The notes below the pieces were generated by a model. The model was not told where the DNA came from. It searched no databases and saw nothing but the letters and a program-made list of their open reading frames with translations. 64,000 bases of DNA, from contig JAFLTC010000002.1 in the NCBI GenBank assembly GCA_022510615.1, positions 67,850-131,849 on the forward strand, given 5' to 3'. Every line of letters begins with the position of its first letter. The first letter of the stretch is position 1. Below, one piece after another: positions 38,496 through 48,591 of the stretch. This stretch comes from Lachnospiraceae bacterium (GTDB taxonomy: Bacteria; Bacillota; Clostridia; Lachnospirales; Lachnospiraceae). Both the position numbers and the translations under genes were made by a program.

Positions 38496-39673
38496 TGATT
38501 CTTTGTCAAATTTGCTTCTGAATCATATCCTAACAATGGCAGCGTATGGTGTTCCTTATAATGCTTTCCATTATAATCGTAGGCCGGATAGTAGTGTTCC
38601 TCATAATATTTCTTCCATTTCTGATAGGACTCTTTGCGCTCCTGAATCACTGTACCAATATTCTCCCTTGTCAGAAGCCGTCCAAATCCTTCAAAAGGAC
38701 ATTCTTTTCCGGTCATGACATCTACCATCAAATTACCGACTTCAGCGAAAAAATGTGCCGGGTTGTAGAAATTATATGGACACAGGGCAATATCGCTGTA
38801 GTTATTAAAGCACCATACATCGCCACAGAGCATAACGGTTTCTTCCATAAATTCATAGAATACATCCGTTTCATATTGTATCATCTGTGCGGCAAACAGC
38901 GGGGCAAAATATACCTGCAGTTCCACGCCATGCTTATCACAGACTTCCTTGATCTCTTTTAATTTTTCCAGACTGGCTTCCTTGTTTTCCTCTATGTCCC
39001 TCAGCTGTTTATAGAAAAACTTGTAGTATACATAGGAGCCACGAAATATATACTTATAATATTCGTCGTTTTTCAGTTTTGATTTCAGATTCGCATAGTA
39101 GTGAGAGATATCACGCTCTCCGGTTTCTTTATTTGGACGAATCACAGGAGGGTCCAGTAACCTTTCCACTGATGTTTTCGGGTTTTTCATCAGGAAAGTA
39201 ACTGCCTCTACCAGTTTTGATTCTCCTGTTACCTGTGCCGGTATTTTATAAATAGGTCCTTTATCCGAGCGGTCAACATCGTATAGCTCGGAGGTAGATA
39301 TCTGAAGAAGAATTTTTTTGGCATTGGTGTTCTCGCATATATATTTTGCATAAGCAGCATAATCGTTAAAATTTCCCGACAATACCCAGCAATTATAATA
39401 TTTGTAACCATCCAGTTCCGTCAGCTTGGAAGGCTGCATGACACCTGCTTTGGAACCGCCAATCAGATAAGCATCATACCGATCTGAAAAATATTTGATA
39501 TGCTGTGCTTTCTGTTCACGCATATACTCACTCGTGCCCAAATTGTAGTAGTCTCCGGGCTGGCTTCTAAAATACCCATACGGGTCCACAAAATAATTCA
39601 ATGACATAATCACAATCAGACATATCAGAATCAATGCCAGAAAGGAAATTGTCCATTTTTTTGCACTCATCAT
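38492..39673 (-). CDS. Membrane-anchored SGNH-like partner of the MBOAT O-acyltransferase
   Basis: N-terminal TM helix with VDPYG, plus GGSK and FYNPAHF motifs. Directly downstream of the MBOAT gene. Confidence 0.6.
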   Translation of the reverse strand: MMSAKKWTISFLALILICLIVIMSLNYFVDPYGYFRSQPGDYYNLGTSEYMREQKAQHIKYFSDRYDAYLIGGSKAGVMQPSKLTELDGYKYYNCWVLSGNFNDYAAYAKYICENTNAKKILLQISTSELYDVDRSDKGPIYKIPAQVTGESKLVEAVTFLMKNPKTSVERLLDPPVIRPNKETGERDISHYYANLKSKLKNDEYYKYIFRGSYVYYKFFYKQLRDIEENKEASLEKLKEIKEVCDKHGVELQVYFAPLFAAQMIQYETDVFYEFMEETVMLCGDVWCFNNYSDIALCPYNFYNPAHFFAEVGNLMVDVMTGKECPFEGFGRLLTRENIGTVIQERKESYQKWKKYYEEHYYPAYDYNGKHYKEHHTLPLLGYDSEANLTKNH

Positions 39674-39696
39674 AACAAGTATCTCCTTTCCCCAAA

Positions 39697-41109
39697 TTAA
39701 AACTGGAAGTACAAAAATTGTACCACTTTATCCATACTGCAAATACATATAATGAGAAGGGCTGCAGCATACACAAGAGAGATCCAGTTCGTCTTAAACT
39801 TCTCTGTAAGCTTCTTTGTTGTCGGCAGGAACCAGCAAATTCCCAGACCCACAAAGGTCAATACAATATTTTTCCAATTATCATTTGCAAAGGCAATCGC
39901 ATCTGCCATGTGAAGAGAACCGACACGTATCAGGCTTTTGAGCACCTGCCAGGCATCCCTAAAGGTCTCAGACACAAACAAAATACGGGTCATTACTGCC
40001 AGTAAGAATGTTAGCGGCACTCCTAACCACACCGGTGTATTCATTCCCTTGCGATTGCGCCAGGAAGCAATACATACAAGAATACCGTTTACAATACCCC
40101 AGACAACAAATGTCCATCCGGCACCGTGCCAGAAACCGGATACAAAGAAGGTTACCATCGTTGCCACATAATAATTGCGATATTTACTTCCTTTCTTGAA
40201 TACATTCCGGAATACATAGGCTCCCAGAAATCTTGATAATGTCATGTGCCATCTCTGCCAGTATTCCTGAAAATCCTTTGCCTTGTACGGCGAATTGAAG
40301 TTCTGTGGTATCGCAATATTGAACATCCAGCCAAGTCCGATTGCCATATCCGCATAACCGGACAAATCGAAGTAATAGGATACGGTATACTCAATGGAGT
40401 GAAACCATGACTGCAGCATCGGCAGATGATTATTGATATCTCCGAAAAAGATCTCGGCATCGGTGGTCAATGGGTCGGCCAGAAGCATTTTTTTGGCACA
40501 TCCAATAGAAAAGATTAACAGACCTTTCGCCACATTATCCCAGATAATTTTTGAATTATCCGGATTTTCAAACTGCGGTACAACCTCTGCATGATGTATA
40601 ATAGGTCCCACAATCAGCTGCGGGAAAAATGTAATAAACAGTAAATAGTGCAAAACATCATAAGTCTTTGTTTCACCGCGGTATGAGTCAACTAAAAAGG
40701 CAATCAGCTGGAAGGTAAAGAATGAGATACCAATCGGTAAAACAATATGCTTCAGTGCAAAATCTGCACCCGTCAGCCGGTTGACATTCACTAGGAAAAA
40801 GTCGGTATATTTGTAATAACCAAGCAGACCACAGTTGGCCAGAACACCTACCGTTAAAAGCAGGGCGCGCTCAATCCGGTGCTTGTCTCCCTGTAAATTA
40901 CTGAGCGTGCTGCCGATTACATAGTTCCCAACTACACTGCCCAGGAAAAATGGGAAGAAGTCCGGACTTCCCTGTGAATAAAAGTAAAAGGATGCCAGTA
41001 CCAGCCATAGCTTTGCGGCGGATTGCAGTTTAAAATGATGGAGCATAAAATAACCGCAAAAAGTAATTGGCAAAAAGATTAAAATAAATTGATACGTTGA
41101 AAAAATCAT
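39697..41109 (-). CDS. MBOAT family O-acyltransferase (AlgI/DltB-like)
   Basis: LPIGISFFTFQ, FFPQLIVGPI, DLSGYADMA, WQRWHMTLS, SGFWHGA and FLYFQF motifs. Confidence 0.92.
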   Translation of the reverse strand: MIFSTYQFILIFLPITFCGYFMLHHFKLQSAAKLWLVLASFYFYSQGSPDFFPFFLGSVVGNYVIGSTLSNLQGDKHRIERALLLTVGVLANCGLLGYYKYTDFFLVNVNRLTGADFALKHIVLPIGISFFTFQLIAFLVDSYRGETKTYDVLHYLLFITFFPQLIVGPIIHHAEVVPQFENPDNSKIIWDNVAKGLLIFSIGCAKKMLLADPLTTDAEIFFGDINNHLPMLQSWFHSIEYTVSYYFDLSGYADMAIGLGWMFNIAIPQNFNSPYKAKDFQEYWQRWHMTLSRFLGAYVFRNVFKKGSKYRNYYVATMVTFFVSGFWHGAGWTFVVWGIVNGILVCIASWRNRKGMNTPVWLGVPLTFLLAVMTRILFVSETFRDAWQVLKSLIRVGSLHMADAIAFANDNWKNIVLTFVGLGICWFLPTTKKLTEKFKTNWISLVYAAALLIICICSMDKVVQFLYFQF

Positions 41110-41172
41110 AGTGTTTTTGTCAGGCTAATTGCGCCGTTCCTCCTCGTTCTAATATTTTTTATTTGAAAATAG

Positions 41173-43401
41173 CTATTTATATGAAGGTACTTCTGCGGGC
41201 ATAAAGTACCGGTCTTTCCATAGGGACTCAGTCAGTGCGGTATATTCTGCTTCCGTAGTATTTTTCATCACATTTTTAAAAATGGTATCGGAATCATATA
41301 GTTCCGCGCTCATGGCAGAAGTTACCTTCGTTAAATTAGCATTCAAATACATAATTTTTTTTGTTCCTGCATTCGGACTCCACACATTCCATTTTGGAAG
41401 TGAGGTGCCATTTGGATTGCCGTTTGTCATAAAATTTTTCAGATAGGAACGCATCTGATCAGTCAAAGCTAGTCTTCCCGCTCTGTTTTTAGAAGAAATC
41501 GCATCCGGTGAGTATTCCTCCATTACCTTTTTAAATTTTCCCAGCAGAAAATACCGGGTCTGTCCATGGTAGGCTCCCACATACTTACTATAGAAACCAT
41601 CCGTTACAGAAGGATTTGTTCCCCACAGCAGTCGGTAAGCGTATACATTTTTATGCGAAGCGTCCTGATAAAGGGCGTTTACCGTATTTTCAATGTAGAA
41701 ATAGGACTGTAGCATGCTGCCGTACCTAATTCCCTTTTCCAGTAGTTCCAACATCTTTGTGGATGAAAGTGACGATAAATCCGCATCACTGGATATGAGT
41801 TTTCCCTTCAGCGCAAATTCAGCAAATTCCGTAACATCACTGCCCAGCATAATAGGCACACGGTTATAATTCCCCGTTTTTATAAGTTCAAATCCTTTTT
41901 TCGGCAATACGGTACCATCGGTAAAGCCCTGAGGAAAAGAAGTCAGCCTCAAGGTAGCACTTTTAAATATCCAGGCGACCTCTGCCGTCGTCAGACTCCG
42001 AAAAAGTTGATTCAACTCTTCTGTTGTGGAAGATTTAATATAGTCGAGGGCGTCGTTATCAGTTTCATAGGCTCCCCGTTGTACTAAAATGGCGGCCAGC
42101 CGTTCTTCTACCTTTTGCTGCCCATCCTCCGGCGTACAGGTAGTGTATCCCCCACTCATAATAAATGCCTTTTGGAATAATCCCTTCATCATCGGTGAAA
42201 TCAGACACATCAGTGCATCCCTGCCCCCACAGGAGAACCCGGACAGCGTTACATTGGAAGGATTACCGCCAAATGTCGCAATCTCTTTTTGGGTCCAGAG
42301 TAACGCCTCGTGGATATCTAACAAAGTGAAGTTGCCACTGTTTTCCTCCGGTGTGCCATTCTGCAGTGCCGGATGGCTTAAGTAGCCAAAGGCTCCCACG
42401 CGAAAGGAAACAGAAACAATGACAATACCCATGGAAGCCGCCATATCACCAAAATCAACATTGGCGGTTCCCGATACATTGCCGCCACCATGTAAGTACA
42501 CCAATACAGGTAAGTTCTCATTTGATGAATAGGGACGATATACATTTACATACAGACAATCTTCCGTTCCTATATATCCGTTGGTACTGGAACTGCTATA
42601 GGAGACGGCATCTTCACGCTCTGTCGTGGTATTTTTTGTTCCCGACCACGCAGCCACCGGCTGAGGTGCCCTCCAGCGATTGGCGCCCCCTGTAGAGGCC
42701 CCATACGGAATGCCGTACCACGCCATGGCTGTTCCGGAAGAAATCTTTAGCCCTTTTACCTTTCCTTTTAATGTAGTACGTGTCAGCGCGGGCTTCTCTT
42801 CAACGGTGACTTTAATGATGATGCTCTTCATTCCGTTCTTTTTCTTTGTGTAGCCAGTTACCTTTGTCGTTCCGGCCGCTACTGCGACAATTTTCTTGTT
42901 GGAAATTTTAACAATTTTTTTATTTGCCGATTTCCATTTCAGCTTGGAAACCTTCTTTTTCCTGGCAGCGGATAATTTGCTCTGGTTAGTAACCGCCGTG
43001 ATCTTAACCGAATCTCCGTTATACATACGATAGGAAATATTCGAAGGCTTCGGAACAACGGTAACCTTAATGGTGATACTCTTTTCTTCATTCTTTTTAT
43101 AGCCGATAATCTTTGTCGTTCCCGCTTTCACGGCGACAATTTTCTTTTTAGAAATTCTGGCATATTTTTTCTTTTTAGACTTCCATTTCAGTTTGGAAAC
43201 CTCTTTTTTCTCGGCAGCGGATAATTTGCTTTTTTTGACAACTGTCTTAAGCTTAACTTTATCCCCTTTATACATTTGATAGGAAATCACAGATGCCGCC
43301 TCACTGACGGTGGTATTTCCCATAAAGGATGGTTGAACCAAGCCTGCAAACATAGAACATATTATGATAAATATCCCTGCTTTGCCTGTTATTATCCTCA
43401 T
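41173..43401 (-). CDS. Secreted type-B carboxylesterase with two tandem Lys-rich Ig-like domains
   Basis: GIPY, EDCLYVNV, HGGG, FGGNPSNVT and GFSCGG motifs. Duplicated ISYxMYxGDxVK...IxVTV module. Confidence 0.85.
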   Translation of the reverse strand: MRIITGKAGIFIIICSMFAGLVQPSFMGNTTVSEAASVISYQMYKGDKVKLKTVVKKSKLSAAEKKEVSKLKWKSKKKKYARISKKKIVAVKAGTTKIIGYKKNEEKSITIKVTVVPKPSNISYRMYNGDSVKITAVTNQSKLSAARKKKVSKLKWKSANKKIVKISNKKIVAVAAGTTKVTGYTKKKNGMKSIIIKVTVEEKPALTRTTLKGKVKGLKISSGTAMAWYGIPYGASTGGANRWRAPQPVAAWSGTKNTTTEREDAVSYSSSSTNGYIGTEDCLYVNVYRPYSSNENLPVLVYLHGGGNVSGTANVDFGDMAASMGIVIVSVSFRVGAFGYLSHPALQNGTPEENSGNFTLLDIHEALLWTQKEIATFGGNPSNVTLSGFSCGGRDALMCLISPMMKGLFQKAFIMSGGYTTCTPEDGQQKVEERLAAILVQRGAYETDNDALDYIKSSTTEELNQLFRSLTTAEVAWIFKSATLRLTSFPQGFTDGTVLPKKGFELIKTGNYNRVPIMLGSDVTEFAEFALKGKLISSDADLSSLSSTKMLELLEKGIRYGSMLQSYFYIENTVNALYQDASHKNVYAYRLLWGTNPSVTDGFYSKYVGAYHGQTRYFLLGKFKKVMEEYSPDAISSKNRAGRLALTDQMRSYLKNFMTNGNPNGTSLPKWNVWSPNAGTKKIMYLNANLTKVTSAMSAELYDSDTIFKNVMKNTTEAEYTALTESLWKDRYFMPAEVPSYK

Positions 43402-43593
43402 TGTCAGTTCCTATCCTTTCTTGCTATAATCCAACATATGCTATCATAACATAATGATAAAATTTTGTCATTATATATAATACATAAATTTTTCCAGATA
43501 GTTATTCTTTATTTTAGCATATGTATAAAATGTTTTTTCTGGGAAATCCTATATATAAAGGAAAAATAACCTTTAGAAAGGAAGGATTACAGG

Positions 43594-44052
43594 TTGAAAT
43601 TTAAATTTAGGGCAGCAGTTACCGTGGCAGTAGTTTTTTGGACGGTAGTTTTTGTACAGATAGCAGTAACCCGGCTTTATATGTCAAAAACCGGTTTTAC
43701 ACAGGCCTTTGCCAGAAACCAGCTTGTTGTGACAAAGGAAAATACGGATTCCCGGAACACGCAAGAAGGAAACACTTGCATTGAGGGAAGGGTTCTTGGT
43801 AAAATGGTAAAAGAAGATATGGCGGAGCTGGCAGAGGAGCTGTTTCGCAGTATGGGTGGAAGCCGTGTCCTTGATAGTAGTATGGACACCTATGGAAATT
43901 ATTATGTAGCCTATGGATATACAAGCGGTATTGCCAATACAAAAAACGTAAACGGAAAAAATATTAATCTTAATGTTGCCATGTCGTATAACGAGGAAGA
44001 AAATTGTACGGAGATTATTATGGGAACGCCGCTTATCAATTCGGACTTTTAA
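43594..44052 (+). CDS. YwmB-like protein
   Basis: N-terminal TM helix. GKNINLNVAM...GTPLI-xDF C-terminus. Confidence 0.7.
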   Translation: MKFKFRAAVTVAVVFWTVVFVQIAVTRLYMSKTGFTQAFARNQLVVTKENTDSRNTQEGNTCIEGRVLGKMVKEDMAELAEELFRSMGGSRVLDSSMDTYGNYYVAYGYTSGIANTKNVNGKNINLNVAMSYNEEENCTEIIMGTPLINSDF

Positions 44053-44109
44053 TGTCCCTGGCATTGTTATGCTATCATTGTGTCAGATGAAAATGAAGGG
44101 GGAAGGACT

Positions 44110-44394
44110 ATGCCTACGGAAGAAAAATTGTATGACCTTGCGGAGCTGTTTAAGGTTTTCGGCGATACGACAAGAATCCGTATTCTATATGAATTATTTG
44201 AAAAGGAAATGTGCGTGGGGGATATTGCCGATACGTTACATATGACCCAGAGTGCCATTTCCCACCAGCTGAGGGTATTAAAGCAGAATCGTTTGGTAAA
44301 ATTCCGTAAAGAGGGGAAGACCGTGTTTTATTCTCTGGATGATGACCATGTGCGGAGTGTGATAGAGATGGGGCTGGAGCATGTGATGGAGTAG
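44110..44394 (+). CDS. ArsR/SmtB (CadC-like) metal-sensing repressor
   Basis: LAELFKVFGDTTRIRIL, CVGDIA, QSAISHQL and DDHV...EH motifs. Confidence 0.92.
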   Translation: MPTEEKLYDLAELFKVFGDTTRIRILYELFEKEMCVGDIADTLHMTQSAISHQLRVLKQNRLVKFRKEGKTVFYSLDDDHVRSVIEMGLEHVME

Positions 44395-44418
44395 AGGTGT
44401 TGCCTGAAACAGTTTTGG

Positions 44419-44501
44419 AAACAAGAGAGATTAGTCAATCGACTCGAACCGGAAACGCTTCGCGTTTGAGGTTCTCGCTGATTGACTAATCTCTCTTGTT
44501 T
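44419..44501 (+). repeat. Dispersed structured hairpin element, copy 3 (downstream of the ArsR gene)
   Basis: Same 83-bp architecture and core as copy 1, with a different but complementary stem. Confidence 0.9.
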
Positions 44502-44662
44502 GAAACTATCAGGCGACACCTCTGCTTCATCACATGGCGAGATGGCTTTCCTGTTACTCTGTTTAGTAACGTCATTTTTTTTGTTCCAAGGAAAAGCTGA
44601 CCCGGCGGCGGATAGAGTTGTAAACTTTTGCATTTTTGTTAGCTGTCGTTTTAATAGTGTAA

Positions 44663-44747
44663 AAACAAGAAACATCCACTAACCAGCGAGAGCATTTAAT
44701 GCGAAGCATTACTTCTGCTCGAGTCGGTTAGTGGATGTTTCTTGTTT
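44663..44747 (-). repeat. Dispersed structured hairpin element, copy 4 (downstream of cadA)
   Basis: Core with compensatory changes (AATGC/GCATT, GAGCA/TGCTC, AACC/GGTT) and AAACAAG...CTTGTTT ends. Confidence 0.88.
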
Positions 44748-44799
44748 ATTTAAGCCTATCAGAAACGACAAACTCCAAAATGCGAAACTTTAATATTCT

Positions 44800-46746
44800 C
44801 TACCGCCGCCGGGTCAGCAGCATCCTGACGGAGTTCAGCACACACAGTAGCGCCACACCGGAATCGGCGAATACGGCAAGCCACATATTGGCAAGGCCAA
44901 AGAAGCTGAGTGCCATGATTCCGATTTTTATGACAAGGGCAAATATAATATTTTGTCTGGCAATAAATAGCGTTTGTCTGGCAAGGGATATGGATTCCGG
45001 AACGGCCATGAGGTCCGAGGTCATAAATACCACATCGGCGGCCTCAATGGCGGCGTCTGCCCCATCTCCCATGGCAGCACCTACATCGGCACCGGCAAGC
45101 ACCGGGGCATCATTAATGCCATCCCCCACAAACATAACAGCTCCCTTGTCGGAACGGACCTGTTGCAGACGTGTCAGCTTTTCCTCTGGGAGAAGCTTTC
45201 CGTACACCGTATCGATTCCCACCTTTTTACCTACGAGGGAGGCAGACTGCTCGTTGTCACCGGTCAGCATAACCGTATAAATGCCGTTTTGTTTCATTTT
45301 GCGCACTGCTTTTTCAGAGGTCGGTTTTATCGTGTCTGCCAGTGCAATATAGCCGAGGTAGATCTGGTCAGAAGCCAACAAAACGAGAGTTTTGTCATCT
45401 GATTTTATATTGTCCGGAACAGAAATTTTATTATCGATTAAAAGAGTACGGTTTCCGCATAAAATCTTTTTGCCATCTATTTCTGCTGAAAGTCCCTTTC
45501 CTGCCACCTCAGACAGTCCTGTAGTTTCCGGAGGAGTAATGTTTTTCTGATGGGCATATTCCATAATGCTCAGGGCAATCGGATGTGTGGAAGACTGTTC
45601 CATACCGGCAGCAAGGGTGAGAAGTTCTTCTGCTGTGGTTTCCTCGGCAGTTTCAATTTTTTGTACCGCAAAGTTACCTATTGTAATTGTGCCGGTTTTA
45701 TCCATGACAACGGCTTTTAGTTTCGTAATCATTTCAATAGAGGAACCGCCCTTGAACAAAATGCCTTTGCGAGAACCGGTTCCGATGCCTGCAAAAAAAG
45801 CAAGGGGAACACTGAGAACCAGTGCACAGGGACAGCTGATAACCAAAAAGGTCAGAGCAGTATAAATATAGTAGGACCAGTTTCCCGTAATCAGAGATGG
45901 CACAATGGCGGTAATCAGTGCCACCAGACAGACAATTGGTGTATAAATACGGGCAAAGCGTGTAATAAATCGGTCTAAATGCGGTTTGGATTCAGCAGCT
46001 TCCTCCACAGAAGTAAGGATCCTGCTGACCATGGATTCCGAAAGTGGTTTCGTAACACGGAGATGGAGCAGACCGTCCGTGTTGACACATCCGGATAACA
46101 GGGCGGATCCAGGTTCTGCTTTTATTGGAACCGGTTCGCCGGTAACCGGAGAGGTGTCGATACGGCTTTCTCCCTTGATCACTTCGCCATCTAATGGGAT
46201 GCGGTCGCCGGGACGTACTACGATACAATCCCCGACGACAGCTTCCTCTGCCGGAATCGTTTCAATAGAATCATCTGCCTTTATTTTCTGAACTGTTTCA
46301 GGACGCATGTCAACGGCAGCGGATATAGAAGCCCGGCTTTTATCCACCGCTTTATCTTCAAAATATTCGCCCACCCGGAAAAACAACATGACAGCGGCGG
46401 CCTCGGGGAAATCCCCAATACAGAAAGCTCCCAGTGTAGCCACGGTCATAAGAAAATTTTCGTCAAATAATTCTCCGTGAAAAATTCCCGTAACTGCATG
46501 GAATGCTACCTCCCAGCCAAGACACAGCCACGCCACCGCATAAAAAACCGGTGAAAATGGTATTTCCGGCAGGGTAGATATGTGCTCAAAAAGAAAAACG
46601 AGGACAAAAAGGCTGATGCCCCCGATAAAAAGTACTTTATCCAAAACCGGGTGTTCGGATTCTTCATGATGGTCGCAGCCGCAACTACAACCACAACTGC
46701 ATCCAGTATGCTCTTTTCCCTGATGATGTGTATGGGTATCTGACAT
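44800..46746 (-). CDS. cadA: Heavy-metal (Zn/Cd) P1B-type ATPase
   Basis: His/Cys-rich N-terminus. TGE, SCPCAL, DKTGT, HP and GDGINDAP motifs. Confidence 0.92.
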   Translation of the reverse strand: MSDTHTHHQGKEHTGCSCGCSCGCDHHEESEHPVLDKVLFIGGISLFVLVFLFEHISTLPEIPFSPVFYAVAWLCLGWEVAFHAVTGIFHGELFDENFLMTVATLGAFCIGDFPEAAAVMLFFRVGEYFEDKAVDKSRASISAAVDMRPETVQKIKADDSIETIPAEEAVVGDCIVVRPGDRIPLDGEVIKGESRIDTSPVTGEPVPIKAEPGSALLSGCVNTDGLLHLRVTKPLSESMVSRILTSVEEAAESKPHLDRFITRFARIYTPIVCLVALITAIVPSLITGNWSYYIYTALTFLVISCPCALVLSVPLAFFAGIGTGSRKGILFKGGSSIEMITKLKAVVMDKTGTITIGNFAVQKIETAEETTAEELLTLAAGMEQSSTHPIALSIMEYAHQKNITPPETTGLSEVAGKGLSAEIDGKKILCGNRTLLIDNKISVPDNIKSDDKTLVLLASDQIYLGYIALADTIKPTSEKAVRKMKQNGIYTVMLTGDNEQSASLVGKKVGIDTVYGKLLPEEKLTRLQQVRSDKGAVMFVGDGINDAPVLAGADVGAAMGDGADAAIEAADVVFMTSDLMAVPESISLARQTLFIARQNIIFALVIKIGIMALSFFGLANMWLAVFADSGVALLCVLNSVRMLLTRRR

Positions 46747-46778
46747 AACAAACCTCCATTTAAGAAAATAATTTTATC

Positions 46779-46831
46779 ATATGAATGATTGCTCATATAT
46801 TCATAATAAAGCAGGGAGAGGAAATTGTCAA
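46779..46831 (-). promoter_or_regulatory. cadA promoter with an SmtB/CadC-type operator
   Basis: Minus-strand TTGACA-17-TATTAT, followed by the dyad ATATGAGCAATCATTCATAT. Confidence 0.75.
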
Positions 46832-46875
46832 GGAGATTTTTGTTTAAAAATAAAAAAATTGATATAAGTCTTCCT

Positions 46876-46902
46876 TAAGAAATAACAGACGTTATCCGAT
46901 AT
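46876..46902 (+). promoter_or_regulatory. Sigma28 (FliA/SigD)-like promoter with a palindromic operator in the spacer
   Basis: TAAG-15 nt-TCCGATAT. The ATAAC-agac-GTTAT dyad overlaps the spacer. Confidence 0.55.
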
Positions 46903-46936
46903 AAACATTATAAGGACAAAAATGGAGGGTACTGGT

Positions 46937-47338
46937 ATGGGCAAAGAGGATTTAATGCCAAGCGAAAGTGAATGGCTTGTGATGGAGATACTCTGGGATA
47001 ATGCGGTTCCGCTAACCTCCATGGAGGTCATTCGGAGAGTGCAGGAAAACAGGAAAATGTCAGCCAAGACAGTACGGGTTCTGATGAATCGCCTGTGCCA
47101 GAAAAAAATCATTGACTACACCGTTGATAAAGAGGATGCCAGAGTGTATCATTACTTTGCCCTCCGCTCAAAAGAAGAGTGTTTGAGGGAAAAGAGTAAA
47201 CATTTTATTGACAGCTATTTTTCCGGTAACAAGACAAATGCTCTGGCGGCATTGCTGAAGAACTGCGATTTGACAACAGAGCAAATCGAAGAATTAGAGG
47301 GAATTCTTGAAAAGAGCAAGGAGAGGGACGATAAATGA
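46937..47338 (+). CDS. BlaI/MecI/CopY family repressor
   Basis: SESEWLVMEILW, TVRVLMNRL-x2-K motifs. Confidence 0.92.
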   Translation: MGKEDLMPSESEWLVMEILWDNAVPLTSMEVIRRVQENRKMSAKTVRVLMNRLCQKKIIDYTVDKEDARVYHYFALRSKEECLREKSKHFIDSYFSGNKTNALAALLKNCDLTTEQIEELEGILEKSKERDDK

Positions 47339-48573
47339 CGTGGCTGATGCTGTTTCAATTTTTTAATGTCTGTGTCATGTACCTGGCAGTGGTGCTTGGA
47401 CATTGTGTGTTAATTTCCTTTCCGGTGCTGGGGATTATTCTCCTTTTGCGAAAGCTGACAGGCAGGGATAAATGCTTTCTGCGGGGAGGTCTCTGGAGCC
47501 TGATGATACCGGTGCTTTTTGCTGGGAGGCTGCGGTTTTTTTATGAGACTTATCTGGGAGTGTATTTGTTCTGGTGGCAGGGACTGTGCATCCGATATTC
47601 CCTGATTGCATGGATTTATTTGACCGGGATACTCGTTATGGCAGTGGTACTTCTCCGCCGCCGTCTCAAACTGAAACGCTTTGTCAGAGGGCTGAAAAGG
47701 GTATCGGTATCGGGCACTGATGTATATCTTTGTGCCTCTGCAGTTTCGCCCTTTACCACGGGAATGTTACGGCCGCGGATTGTGATGCCGGAGAAAATGT
47801 TTACAGAACTTTCCGAGGAGGAATGGCAGGTCGTACTGCTTCATGAAAAGGTACATATCCGTCTGGGACATTTGTGGATATATTTTTTCTGGGACGTGTT
47901 GCGAATGCTTTGCTGGTGGAATCCGTTTCTGACATTATGCGGCAAATATCTGAGGACAGATATAGAGGATATTTGTGACCGGGTAACGATTCAGGAAAGC
48001 GGGAAGCAAAGCGGAGAATATGGAAAGGTACTATTAAAAAGTATTCAGATATTAAAAAAGGATAACCGGCAGGTGGGCTTGTCCGCATCCCTTGCCGGAG
48101 AAACCGGATACCGGAGCATTCACAGGCGGTTTGAAAAAATAGCCCGATATGCGCCTTATCGGAAGAGAGGGGCGATGGGACTTTGCGCTGCCATCGTATG
48201 TATGGTGGCGGTGTTGGTGATAGGAGTGAAGGTTTATTCTTATCCCCGATATACGGAATTTGAATCGGTTACGGTTTATAATGACACGGGAAGAAAACTG
48301 CTTGTTAATGACAGTCCGGAACTCCGGAAAGCCATTGTAGTAGAGAAAGACAATATTAAAATTTCCAGACAGGCACTGGATGTCATTTTAAATGAAAATC
48401 ATGTAACAGAAAAAAGATTTTTTATCGGATGTGGTGGATTTTACAAAGTGCCCGGTATCGGAGGCGGCGTTAATGCCGTATTTGTCGATTATGCGGAGGG
48501 GCAGGGGGATTTGACGATACCTTATATCGATAATGGCAGGGACTGGATGAACAGAACCTTACAATATTTATAA
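47335..48573 (+). CDS. M56 (BlaR1-like) membrane metallopeptidase lacking a penicillin-binding sensor domain
   Basis: SPFTTG-x2-RPRI, HEKVH, WWNP and E-x2-CD motifs. Short (about 110 aa) C-terminal extracellular domain. Confidence 0.88.
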   Translation: MTWLMLFQFFNVCVMYLAVVLGHCVLISFPVLGIILLLRKLTGRDKCFLRGGLWSLMIPVLFAGRLRFFYETYLGVYLFWWQGLCIRYSLIAWIYLTGILVMAVVLLRRRLKLKRFVRGLKRVSVSGTDVYLCASAVSPFTTGMLRPRIVMPEKMFTELSEEEWQVVLLHEKVHIRLGHLWIYFFWDVLRMLCWWNPFLTLCGKYLRTDIEDICDRVTIQESGKQSGEYGKVLLKSIQILKKDNRQVGLSASLAGETGYRSIHRRFEKIARYAPYRKRGAMGLCAAIVCMVAVLVIGVKVYSYPRYTEFESVTVYNDTGRKLLVNDSPELRKAIVVEKDNIKISRQALDVILNENHVTEKRFFIGCGGFYKVPGIGGGVNAVFVDYAEGQGDLTIPYIDNGRDWMNRTLQYL

Positions 48574-48591
48574 GAAGAAAGGAGAGACATT

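Noticed and set aside
44328-44682. ORFs 44328-44675 and 44482-44682 in the arsR-cadA gap
   Set aside because: They are chance frames across the two palindromic elements, with no RBS.
46937-48573. Beta-lactam resistance locus
   Set aside because: The M56 protein has no penicillin-binding sensor domain and no beta-lactamase or PBP2a gene is adjacent.
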